Below the pieces are notes generated by a model. That model did not search any database. It was not told where the DNA came from and worked only from the letters and a program-made list of their open reading frames with translations. Shown one piece after another: positions 17,247-26,321 of a stretch of DNA of 64,000 nucleotides (the stretch's first letter is position 1; every line of letters starts with the position of its first letter). Origin of the DNA: Bacteroidales bacterium (GTDB lineage: Bacteria; Bacteroidota; Bacteroidia; Bacteroidales; UBA12077); assembly GCA_028282585.1 (NCBI GenBank), contig JANQHR010000028.1:13957-77956 (forward strand), given 5' to 3'. Made by a program: the position numbers and the translations under genes.

Positions 17247-20200
17247 CTTTTATCTCCTTTTTGTGAATTAAATAATAAATTACCGGAACAAGATAAATAT
17301 TTAACAATGTTGACGTTAATAGTCCTCCAAGAATAACCTTGGCCATTGGACTTTGAATTTCATTCCCGGATACGTCTCCTTTAATTGCCAAAGGTATTAA
17401 AGCCAGTGCTGCTGTTAAAGCAGTCATCAAAATAGGATGCAAACGATTTGCCGAACCTGAAGTAATATAAGTTTTCAAAGGTACGCCTTGCAACTCTAAT
17501 TGTTGATAATGTGACATAAGTAATATTCCGTTTCGGGTAGCAATACCAAACAAAGTAATAAAACCAATAATTGAAGGAATACTTATAATTCCCGATGTAA
17601 AAAATATTGTGAATACGCCACCAATTAATGCAAGAGGTAAATTCACCATAATTATAGCTGCAAGTTTCAGGTCTTTCAACTCTTGATACAACAGTAAGAA
17701 GATTATAAGAATTGCAATAGCCGAAACCAACATTAACGTTTGGGATGCTCTTGCTTCGCTTTCGAATTGCCCACCATACTGAATCATATAATTTTCCGGT
17801 AAGGTAATGCTTTCATTAATTTCCTTCTGAATATCAGTTACAACACTTCGCAAATCTCGTTCAGCTACATTCGCAGAAATAACAACTTTTCGTTGCACAT
17901 TTTCCCGGCTTATTGAACTTGGGCCGGCAACGGAAACTATATTCGCAACTTGCTCCAATGGTACTTTCTTGCCATCTTCAGTATCGATTAACGCACTTCT
18001 AATTCCTTTAATAGATTCTGTATAATCTTTATTTAAGCGAATTATTAAATCAAACTTTCGTTGGCCTTCGTAGATATCACCTAGCTTTTCTCCGGCAAAT
18101 GCCAGCTCAACAAACTCGTTAAATGTATTCATTGAGATTCCATAACGAGCTAGCATTTCACGATTTGCTTTTATCTGAATCTGTGGGATTTCAACTTGCT
18201 GCTCAACGTTTACATCAACCAATCCAGGAACACTTGCTATGGTATTCTGAATTTGATTACCAATAGTAAACATTTTGTTAAGATCAGTTCCAAAAAGCTT
18301 TATGGCTATATTTGCGCGTGTCCCGGAAAGCATGTGATCAATTCTGTGTCCTAATGGCTGACCTACGGTAGCTGCAATTCCCGGAACACCCGCAAGCTTA
18401 TCGCGAACATCTGCCATAAATTCATCACGGCTTCTTTCATCCAGTTCAAAATTCACATCAATCTCTGCACTGTTAGTGGTTAGAGAATGTTCATCCAATT
18501 CACCGCGTCCCGTGCGTCGTGCCGTACTTGATACCTCAGGTATTGCTAAAAGTTCTGTTTCAATAAGATTACCTAAACGATTGCTTTCTTCCAATGAAAT
18601 TCCAGGTTTACTAATTACAGAAATCGTTAAAGCACCTTCGTTAAATTCCGGCAAGAAACTACGTCCCATAGTAGAAAGTGCTACTAACGAAATTATAAAC
18701 AAGCCAATTGCTCCAAATAAAACAACTTTTTTATAGCGCAGAACCCATTCTAAAGTTTTAATATACCCTCTATTTAACTTTGTAATAAACCAACTGTCTT
18801 TCTCTTTACGTATTAAATATCTTTCGTTAGATAGCATCAGCTTGCAAAGAAGTGGTGTTAGTGTCATTGCTACAATAGTTGATATACATAATGAAACAAT
18901 ATAAGCAATACCTAAAGGTTTTAACATTCTGCCTTCCATTCCTGTGAGGAAGAATAAGGGCACAAATGCTGCAATAATTATAAATGTTGCATATATAATT
19001 GAAGCTCGAATCTCTTTTGAAGCCTCATAAACCACGTGGAATGGAGATTCTCTTTCTTTTTTAGGTAGTTTATGATTTTGCCGCAATCGTTTATATACAT
19101 TTTCTACATCGATAATTGCATCATCAACCAGAGATCCAATAGCAATGGCCATTCCACCCAAACTCATTGTATTAATATTTAATCCGAGTAGTTTTAATAC
19201 GATAATGGTTCCTAACAAAGAAATTGGAATTGCAATAACAGAAATAATTGTAGTTCGGAAACTACCTAAAAAGATGAATAGAATTAAAATTACAAATATG
19301 GCACCTTCAATTAATGCTCTTTGTACATTGTATACCGATTTTTCAATAAAATCCGCCTGACGAAAAATTTCACTGTCTAATGTAACATCTGCTGGAAGTG
19401 TTTTTCTCAACTCTTCCAGATTTTTTTCGATATTTTCAGTGAGCTTTAATGTATTTGTATTAGGTTGTTTCGATATAGAAAGTATAACAGATGGTTTTGC
19501 ATTTTGAGATGCATAACCCATTTTAACAGCTGAACCTATTTTAACTTCTGCCACATCGTTAACCAATACAGGCCTTCCGTTCAATGTTTTTACATAGGAG
19601 TTTCTCAACTGCTCAAGATCGAATGTTTTACCAATTCCACGAACTACGTATTCGTTACCATATTCGCGTACAACGCTACCCGCTGAATTATTACTAATTC
19701 CTTCGCAAACTGTAGCTAATTCTTCCAAAGAAACACCATAATATTTCATTTTTATAGGATCTGCTAAAACCTGATATTGTTTATAATCACCACCAATTAT
19801 GGTTACCTGCGAAACTCCACCAGTTGCCAATAGCACGGGTTTTACATTCCAGTCTGCAATAGTTCTTAAGTCCATTAATGAGGTAGAATCAGATTGTAAT
19901 CCTATAAATAAAATCTCACCCATTACAGACGATTGCGGAGCTAACATAGGCTGTCCGATATTTAAAGGCATTTGACCTGCAAGCGTTACCATTTTTTCGC
20001 TTACGACCTGTCTTGCTTTATATATATCTGTTCCCCAATCGAACTCAACCCAGACAAAAGAAAACCCCTGGCTCGATACGGAACGCACACGACGCACATC
20101 CGTTGCACCATTAACAGCCGTTTCTATAGGGAAAGTTACCATTCTTTCTACTTCTTCTGCTGCCATTCCATGCGCATCTGTCATAACAACAACCGTAGGT

Positions 20201-20331
20201 GCTGTTAAATCCGGAAACACATCCACATCCATTCTTTGAGCCGTATAAAAACCCGTAAACATAAGAGCCGCAGCACTAAGAAGTATAAAGAACTTATTGT
20301 TCAAGGAAAATTTTATAATATTATTTAACAT
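17236..20331 (-). CDS. CusA/CzcA-family heavy-metal efflux RND transporter
   Basis: 1031 aa with 12-TM RND architecture. The length and motifs (e.g. GAIDFGIIVD-like LVDDAIIDVEN) are typical of the HME-RND family. Confidence 0.85.
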   Translation of the reverse strand: MLNNIIKFSLNNKFFILLSAAALMFTGFYTAQRMDVDVFPDLTAPTVVVMTDAHGMAAEEVERMVTFPIETAVNGATDVRRVRSVSSQGFSFVWVEFDWGTDIYKARQVVSEKMVTLAGQMPLNIGQPMLAPQSSVMGEILFIGLQSDSTSLMDLRTIADWNVKPVLLATGGVSQVTIIGGDYKQYQVLADPIKMKYYGVSLEELATVCEGISNNSAGSVVREYGNEYVVRGIGKTFDLEQLRNSYVKTLNGRPVLVNDVAEVKIGSAVKMGYASQNAKPSVILSISKQPNTNTLKLTENIEKNLEELRKTLPADVTLDSEIFRQADFIEKSVYNVQRALIEGAIFVILILFIFLGSFRTTIISVIAIPISLLGTIIVLKLLGLNINTMSLGGMAIAIGSLVDDAIIDVENVYKRLRQNHKLPKKERESPFHVVYEASKEIRASIIYATFIIIAAFVPLFFLTGMEGRMLKPLGIAYIVSLCISTIVAMTLTPLLCKLMLSNERYLIRKEKDSWFITKLNRGYIKTLEWVLRYKKVVLFGAIGLFIISLVALSTMGRSFLPEFNEGALTISVISKPGISLEESNRLGNLIETELLAIPEVSSTARRTGRGELDEHSLTTNSAEIDVNFELDERSRDEFMADVRDKLAGVPGIAATVGQPLGHRIDHMLSGTRANIAIKLFGTDLNKMFTIGNQIQNTIASVPGLVDVNVEQQVEIPQIQIKANREMLARYGISMNTFNEFVELAFAGEKLGDIYEGQRKFDLIIRLNKDYTESIKGIRSALIDTEDGKKVPLEQVANIVSVAGPSSISRENVQRKVVISANVAERDLRSVVTDIQKEINESITLPENYMIQYGGQFESEARASQTLMLVSAIAILIIFLLLYQELKDLKLAAIIMVNLPLALIGGVFTIFFTSGIISIPSIIGFITLFGIATRNGILLMSHYQQLELQGVPLKTYITSGSANRLHPILMTALTAALALIPLAIKGDVSGNEIQSPMAKVILGGLLTSTLLNIYLVPVIYYLIHKKEIKDEN

Positions 20332-20343
20332 AGTATTTCAATT

Positions 20344-21864
20344 TTAGTGAACATGTCCTGCATGAGGGTCTAAACTATTTGAAACTGCAGCCAGTTTTAC
20401 AATAATCGCACCTTTTGTAACTATCCTGTCCGTTTCTTTAATTCCGGTAATGATTTGCGTTTTTATTCCATCGGATAACCCGATTTTCACCTCTCGTTTT
20501 TCAAACATCTCAGGTGTAATCTGTACAAATACAAAATAGTTAGCTTGCTCTTCCACCAATGCAGAATTCGGCACTAATAAGGCTTTTTCTTTTGAGTTAG
20601 TTTTAATAAATATTTCTACAAAACTTCCGGCTAAAAAGTTCTCATTGTCATCAATCTGAAAATTTACAGGTATTAAAAATCCTTCATCTCCATCAATATG
20701 TTTACCATAAGAAAGTAACTTGCCATTTAATTCCCTTTCTGAATAGTATTTATTATTTGTAGTTGATTTTATATTGAATGATGTAATTGAGCTTAAGTAA
20801 GGGAAATAACTTTGCTGAACTTCAGCTTTTACAATAAGCTTATGTTCTTCTTTGCAAACAGAAAATAAAGCTTCACCAGCTTCTACATATTGCCCATTTT
20901 CCACATATACATGGTTAATTGTACCTTTCTCAGAAGAAAAAACAACCTGTCCACTCTCATTAAAATTACTTTCTAAATTCTCGAACACAGCTTTTGCATT
21001 TTCATAAATAACCTTGGCTTCTTCTACTTCTTTTTCTGAAACAATTTGATTTTGCGATAAAGCCAGTTTTCTTTCATAATCTGCTTTTGCAGCTTCGAAA
21101 TTGTTTTTTGCTTCCAGAAATCGAACTTCTGCGTTATCGTTTGCTAAACCATTGCCGGAAATAGTTAAAAATGACTCGCCGCTTTTTAACTCCTGCCCCT
21201 CAAGAATATTCTTATGAAATTTAACTACTCCATTGGTTTTAGCCGTAATTAGTGTTTCGCTGTTTTGATCTGGTAAAAGTTGAGCTGATGTTTTAATGAC
21301 TTTTCCAAAGTAGTCAAAAGATGGATATTCGGTTCTAAAATCAATTTTCCAGGACTGCTCCTTCGTAAAATTAATAGCATTTACATGCTCAGATTGTTTT
21401 TTATTAGCTATATGAATTGCTGAATGTTCATCGTCATAAACAACTATTTCTGTTTCAATTATATGCTTTTTATCAGAATTAATTTCAAAAGTTAATCTTC
21501 CGGAACCACTCATTTCGGGTTTTAGGGAAAATTTAAAAATCCCTGGAGTTTCGCTCGTTTCAACTGTCTGTTTATTTTCACCACTTCCAACTTTTAATAT
21601 TGCAGTTACCGAAGCATTAGTTAGAGGTTTAAAGCCTGGTATTGAAGTAAAATGAGCAACTATTTCAGAGTCATTACCTTTTGAAAATGGATCTGCTTCT
21701 GCAAATAACTCATAATAATTTGAATATTCAATTAGTTGAAGTTTTACGTCACCATGATCGTAACTGCTATGATCATGATCGTGTTCATGATTATCTGATT
21801 CTTTAATACTACAACTTACTGTAAATATGGTCAGAATCAGAATAAATATTGAAACTTGTTTCAT
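20344..21864 (-). CDS. Efflux RND periplasmic adaptor (CzcB/CusB-like) lipoprotein with His/Asp-rich N-terminal tract and extra N-terminal beta domain
   Basis: Lipobox FTVSC is followed by SIKESDNHEHDHDHSSYDHGD. The C-terminus ends ...DPHAGHVH. The central coiled hairpin and beta-barrel regions are typical of membrane fusion proteins. Confidence 0.8.
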   Translation of the reverse strand: MKQVSIFILILTIFTVSCSIKESDNHEHDHDHSSYDHGDVKLQLIEYSNYYELFAEADPFSKGNDSEIVAHFTSIPGFKPLTNASVTAILKVGSGENKQTVETSETPGIFKFSLKPEMSGSGRLTFEINSDKKHIIETEIVVYDDEHSAIHIANKKQSEHVNAINFTKEQSWKIDFRTEYPSFDYFGKVIKTSAQLLPDQNSETLITAKTNGVVKFHKNILEGQELKSGESFLTISGNGLANDNAEVRFLEAKNNFEAAKADYERKLALSQNQIVSEKEVEEAKVIYENAKAVFENLESNFNESGQVVFSSEKGTINHVYVENGQYVEAGEALFSVCKEEHKLIVKAEVQQSYFPYLSSITSFNIKSTTNNKYYSERELNGKLLSYGKHIDGDEGFLIPVNFQIDDNENFLAGSFVEIFIKTNSKEKALLVPNSALVEEQANYFVFVQITPEMFEKREVKIGLSDGIKTQIITGIKETDRIVTKGAIIVKLAAVSNSLDPHAGHVH

Positions 21865-21952
21865 TTTATCTAAAATTTATTATGTATTTAATATGAATTC
21901 AAGTTAGAAGTTAATATTAACCTCTAAGCTTCTATCTATGTATATAGTTGTA

Positions 21953-22360
21953 TTAACCTATAGATGGTGGTCCTCTGAGGTGATTTGTTTTCGGTAATTG
22001 TTCAAAAACAATTTTAGTATGGAAAGTAAAATTATCCGATTTTTCTGTAATTGGGTATGAAAAAAAGGTACTTTCATTATTTGCTATAAAAGTTTTATCT
22101 ATTGAAATTCCCGTTAAAACGTCTACATGGAAATGGCACACATGCTCATGGCGATCATGATTACATTTATGAACCTGTTCATTGTTCAGATCATCATCGT
22201 GATTGTGAGAATGGTGGCAATCGTTATGGTGGTCATGTGAATGGCTCCTATCCGAATAAAACTTCTCGACATGATGGTGATGCGGAATAACGCTATGGGC
22301 AAAGATAATTGCCCACGCTAAAAATAAAATAGATAATATTATTTTTTTGTTCCTTATCAC
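21953..22360 (-). CDS. Small N-terminally anchored His-rich protein with C-terminal RGPPS motif (DUF2946/HYC_CC_PP-like?)
   Basis: 135 aa. A TM helix is followed by HSVIPHHHHVEKFYSDRSHSHDHHNDCHHSHNHDDD...HKCNHDRHEHVCHFH. The protein ends ...NHLRGPPSIG. It is the first gene of the czc-like operon. Confidence 0.6.
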   Translation of the reverse strand: MIRNKKIILSILFLAWAIIFAHSVIPHHHHVEKFYSDRSHSHDHHNDCHHSHNHDDDLNNEQVHKCNHDRHEHVCHFHVDVLTGISIDKTFIANNESTFFSYPITEKSDNFTFHTKIVFEQLPKTNHLRGPPSIG

Positions 22361-22400
22361 AGGTCAAATATAATGAATAATTCCATTTTTACTATGATAT

Positions 22401-22428
22401 GAAAAAGGGCACCTGGTTAAAAGTGCCC
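22401..22428 (-). terminator. Rho-independent terminator after FtsX-type permease 1
   Basis: On the minus strand, GGGCAC-N10-GTGCCC is followed by TTTTTC. Confidence 0.7.
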
Positions 22429-22449
22429 ATAAAATACATTTAATTTTAT

Positions 22450-24819
22450 TTATTCATATTTAAGAATGGTTGCAGGATTAGCTCTAGATGCTTTTAAAGA
22501 TTGATATAATACTGATATCTGGGCAATAAACATAACAAGGATTCCTGCTAATAAAAAAACGTAGTAATCAAGTCCTGTTCTGTAAGAAAAATTCTGCAGC
22601 CATTTATCCAAATAAAAATATGCAAATGGCCAGGCTATTATCATCGAAACTATTACCCATTTTGTAAATTCCCATGTTAGCATTCTTGTAATTGTTTGAC
22701 TGGAAGCTCCGTGGGCTTTTCTTATTCCTATTTCTTTTGTTCTTCTTTCTGTCATATATGATGCTAACCCAAACAACCCTAAACAGGATAGAAATATGGC
22801 TATTGCGGCAAAAATTCCAAAAAGGCTACCTAACTTTTGTTCAGACTTATAAAGTTTATCATATTCTTCATTCAAAAACTTAAAATCCATAGGAAATTCA
22901 CCATTAAACTGATTCCATACTTCATTAATTTCCTTAATTGTCTTTTGTATTTCTGTACCATCAATTTTTATGAATATATAACCATATACATTTTTATTTA
23001 ATGCAAGTACTAATGGTTCAACAGGTCTGTGTAAGGATTTAAAATTAAAATCTTTCATAATTCCAATTATGTATCCCTTTGTATCCCAGAATTCAAACCA
23101 TTTACCAATTGGCTCTTTAAGTTTCATTTGTTTTATTGCAGTTTCATTTAAAATAAAATTAGAAGAATCGGCAGGCCTGCTAAGATCGAAGTTTCTGCCT
23201 TCGATAAGATTTATATCAAAAGTTTGAACATATTCATGATCTGCAAAATACCAGTGAATTAGAACATGATCTTCTTCAGATTGTGTAGTATCCCTATCTT
23301 CCCAATCAATTCCTGTTGTAGAATTAACTGTATAAGTTGGAATATTATTTGAATAAGTAACATTACTTACACCGCTTAGATTTTTTAATTCGGTTTTTAA
23401 TGAAAAATAGTTATCATATAAATCACCTCTTATAGATGTATAAAGAATCTGTTCTTTATTAATTCCCAAATTTCTTTTTTGTATATAATTAAGTTGTTTG
23501 TAAACGAAAAAAGTTCCAATAATTAAGGCAATAGATAAAGTAAATTGAAATATAACAAGTACTTTTCTAAAAATCGATGATCCTGATTGAACATCTCCTT
23601 TTAGCACATTAACAGGGATAAAAGAAGATAAATAAAATGCCGGGTAACTGCCTGCCAATAATCCCGTGAATAATAGAATTAATAATAAGCCGTATAAAAA
23701 TTGACCGTTTGAATAATTAACTTCTAAAGCTTTACCGGTAAACTGATTTATATAAGGTAATAGTAACTCAACACTTATTATTGCTAAAAAATAGGAAATA
23801 ATGGTCAATATTAATGATTCTCCAATAAATTGAAATATTAACTGTCGCCGTGAAGCACCTGAAACTTTTCTAATTCCTACTTCGCGAGCCCTTCTGGTTG
23901 CCCGGGCTGTTGAAAGATTCATGTAGTTAATAACGACAATCAGTATAATTATTAAACCAACAACAGAAAAAAGATAAACATATTGATATTGTATTTCGGT
24001 ATGTGAATATACATCAATATTAAAATCAGATTTTAAATGTATCTCACTTAATGGCTGTAAATAGTAAGTTTGATTAATCTCATAATCGTAAACCTCTTGT
24101 GCACTTTCCGTAAACTTACTATTCATACTTTTATAATCTGTATTATTATCAAATAGTACATATGCATAATAATAGTTATTGTTCCAACTAATATTCCATC
24201 CAATTTCTTCCAATCTTTTAAATGGAACTAAAGCATTGAATTGTAAATGAGAATTTGACGGCACATCTTCAACAACACCAACTACAGTATAAATGCTTGA
24301 TTGGTTTATCATTATATCTTTTCCTATTGGATTTTCCTGCCCAAAGCATTTTCTCGCAAATGATTCTGTAATAAGCATACTGGTGGTTAACTCCTTAAAT
24401 TGTTCAAGAGATCCTTCTTTAATCCTAAAACTGAAAATATCAAAAAACTCCGGATCGACATAACCGTATCCGTCATCATAAAACTTTTTATCACCGCACG
24501 TAAACAATAGCTTACTTGTATATGGCCTAAATCTTGCCGATTTTAAAATTTCCGGAAACTCTTCATCAAACTTTTTTACCATTGGTGCCGGAGTTGCAGC
24601 AACTTTAAACTCACCATCGGTATGTTGTTGAGCTTGTACTAACCTATATATGGATTCATAATTTTCATGGAATTTATCATAATTAAGTTCATCTAAAATC
24701 CATAAATAGATAATCACCGAACATGCTAAGCCCGTTGCTAAGCCTAAAATATTTATTACCGTGTATCCCTTATACCGAATTAAAAACCGATATGCTATAA
24801 GTAAATAATTCCTTAACAT
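22450..24819 (-). CDS. MacB/FtsX-type ABC transporter permease, double-module (paralog 1); no ATPase gene adjacent
   Basis: 789 aa. It starts MLRNYLLIAYRFLIRYKGYTVINILGLA. It contains two units of 4 TM plus a large extracytoplasmic domain, and the C-terminus is ANPA..LKYE. Confidence 0.8.
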   Translation of the reverse strand: MLRNYLLIAYRFLIRYKGYTVINILGLATGLACSVIIYLWILDELNYDKFHENYESIYRLVQAQQHTDGEFKVAATPAPMVKKFDEEFPEILKSARFRPYTSKLLFTCGDKKFYDDGYGYVDPEFFDIFSFRIKEGSLEQFKELTTSMLITESFARKCFGQENPIGKDIMINQSSIYTVVGVVEDVPSNSHLQFNALVPFKRLEEIGWNISWNNNYYYAYVLFDNNTDYKSMNSKFTESAQEVYDYEINQTYYLQPLSEIHLKSDFNIDVYSHTEIQYQYVYLFSVVGLIIILIVVINYMNLSTARATRRAREVGIRKVSGASRRQLIFQFIGESLILTIISYFLAIISVELLLPYINQFTGKALEVNYSNGQFLYGLLLILLFTGLLAGSYPAFYLSSFIPVNVLKGDVQSGSSIFRKVLVIFQFTLSIALIIGTFFVYKQLNYIQKRNLGINKEQILYTSIRGDLYDNYFSLKTELKNLSGVSNVTYSNNIPTYTVNSTTGIDWEDRDTTQSEEDHVLIHWYFADHEYVQTFDINLIEGRNFDLSRPADSSNFILNETAIKQMKLKEPIGKWFEFWDTKGYIIGIMKDFNFKSLHRPVEPLVLALNKNVYGYIFIKIDGTEIQKTIKEINEVWNQFNGEFPMDFKFLNEEYDKLYKSEQKLGSLFGIFAAIAIFLSCLGLFGLASYMTERRTKEIGIRKAHGASSQTITRMLTWEFTKWVIVSMIIAWPFAYFYLDKWLQNFSYRTGLDYYVFLLAGILVMFIAQISVLYQSLKASRANPATILKYE

Positions 24820-24852
24820 AATTTATCAAATTTAATATTTACTACTAATAGT

Positions 24853-24866
24853 CCAAAAAGATGCCA
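24853..24866 (-). promoter_or_regulatory. Candidate promoter element TGGCATCTTTTTGG, starting exactly 47 nt upstream of the permease-1 ATG
   Basis: It has the same TGGCATC heptamer and the same 47-nt offset as the element upstream of permease 2. It could be a degenerate sigma-54 -24/-12 element, or it may overlap a -33 TTTG of a sigmaA-type promoter whose -7 box is TAAATTTG. Confidence 0.35.
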
Positions 24867-24919
24867 AATAAAAAAAAGTCTCATATTCAATATTTTATAA
24901 AAATTATACTTTGTACATT

Positions 24920-24959
24920 TGTAACATAATGTTACATTAAAGTGTAACAATACATTACA
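24920..24959. promoter_or_regulatory. Two tandem 17-bp palindromes TGTAAC-N5-GTTACA / TGTAAC-N5-ATTACA; candidate response-regulator (EBP) operators
   Basis: Site 1 is at 24920-24936 and is perfect. Site 2 is at 24943-24959 with one mismatch. Their centres are 23 bp apart, in the divergent spacer between permease 1 and RR1. Confidence 0.55.
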
Positions 24960-24962
24960 TTT

Positions 24963-26321
24963 ATGGTAGAAAATAAACTATTGATAATTGATGATGATCA
25001 ACAATTACTTGATACACTTTCATTAGTACTAAAATATGAGTTTGAAAAAATCAATACTATTAAAAATCCAAATCTGGTTCCGGAAATAATTAAAAAAGAA
25101 CGATTTGATGTTGTTTTATTAGATATGAATTTTTCGGCTGGTAAAACAACTGGAAATGAAGGGTTATTTTGGTTAAGAAAGATTAAAGAATTTGATCCCG
25201 AAGCTACGGTTGTTATGATTTCTGCTTATGCAACCATTGATTTAGCAATAGAAATAATGAAAGAAGGTGCTGTGGATTTCATTTTGAAACCCTGGGAAAA
25301 TCAAAAGTTAATTGCCACCCTTAAGTCTGCATGTAAGCTAAGTAAAACTAGGGATGAATTAGCGAAAAGTGAAGCTCTAAATACCTCAATTAATAATGAC
25401 CTGGAAAGCGAACTCTCTTTAATGGACAGCAGTTCTCCGAAAATGCAAAAAGTACTTGATACAATTAAAATTGTTGCGCCAACAGAAGCGAATGTATTAA
25501 TATTAGGAGAAAACGGAACCGGAAAAGAAGTCATTGCACGAGAAATCCATCGTAACTCATTGCGCAAAAACAAATATTTAGTGCAAGTTGATCTTGGTTC
25601 AATATCCGAAAGTTTATTTGAAAGTGAATTGTTCGGACACGTAAAAGGAGCTTTTACAGGTGCAATAGCAAATAAATTAGGCAGGTTTGAAATTGCCAGT
25701 GAAAGTACATTATTTTTAGATGAAATAGGAAACATTTCCATTACGCATCAAGGTAAGCTATTATCGGCAATACAAAATAAAGAATTTTACCCGGTAGGAA
25801 GTGAAAGAATTGTAGAATCTAATGTGCGTATAATCTGTGCAACAAATAAAAACCTGGAGTTATTGGTTGAAGAAAATAATTTTCGTGAAGATTTACTTTA
25901 TAGAATAAATACAATTCAATTAGAAATACCACCATTAAGAGATCGAAAAGAAGATATTAGAAAACTTGCAGAATTTTTCCTTAATCGATTCAACGATAAA
26001 TACAACAAACATTGCCGGCTGCAGAAAAGTACAATCAAATATATTGAATCTTATGATTGGCCGGGAAATATCAGAGAATTAAAACATACAATTGAAAGAG
26101 CTGTGATTCTGGCAAACAAAGATCAACTTATAATAGATCAGATTGGTTCTGTAAAGCATGGAACTGAGATGAAAGCTGAACGTAAAACCTGGAATGAAAT
26201 CGAGAAATTTTATTTAAGGAAAACTTTTAATAAATATCATGGAAATATATCTGAAATTGCACGTGAATTAAATCTTTCGCGTCCATCCATATATCGTAAA
26301 ATCAAAAAACATGGTTTATAA
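24963..26321 (+). CDS. Sigma-54-dependent response regulator (NtrC family: REC + AAA+ + HTH), paralog 1
   Basis: 452 aa. It has a REC domain (DD..D..LDMNF), a Walker A motif GENGTGKE, a GAFTGA loop, ESELFGH and a C-terminal HTH. Confidence 0.9.
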   Translation: MVENKLLIIDDDQQLLDTLSLVLKYEFEKINTIKNPNLVPEIIKKERFDVVLLDMNFSAGKTTGNEGLFWLRKIKEFDPEATVVMISAYATIDLAIEIMKEGAVDFILKPWENQKLIATLKSACKLSKTRDELAKSEALNTSINNDLESELSLMDSSSPKMQKVLDTIKIVAPTEANVLILGENGTGKEVIAREIHRNSLRKNKYLVQVDLGSISESLFESELFGHVKGAFTGAIANKLGRFEIASESTLFLDEIGNISITHQGKLLSAIQNKEFYPVGSERIVESNVRIICATNKNLELLVEENNFREDLLYRINTIQLEIPPLRDRKEDIRKLAEFFLNRFNDKYNKHCRLQKSTIKYIESYDWPGNIRELKHTIERAVILANKDQLIIDQIGSVKHGTEMKAERKTWNEIEKFYLRKTFNKYHGNISEIARELNLSRPSIYRKIKKHGL

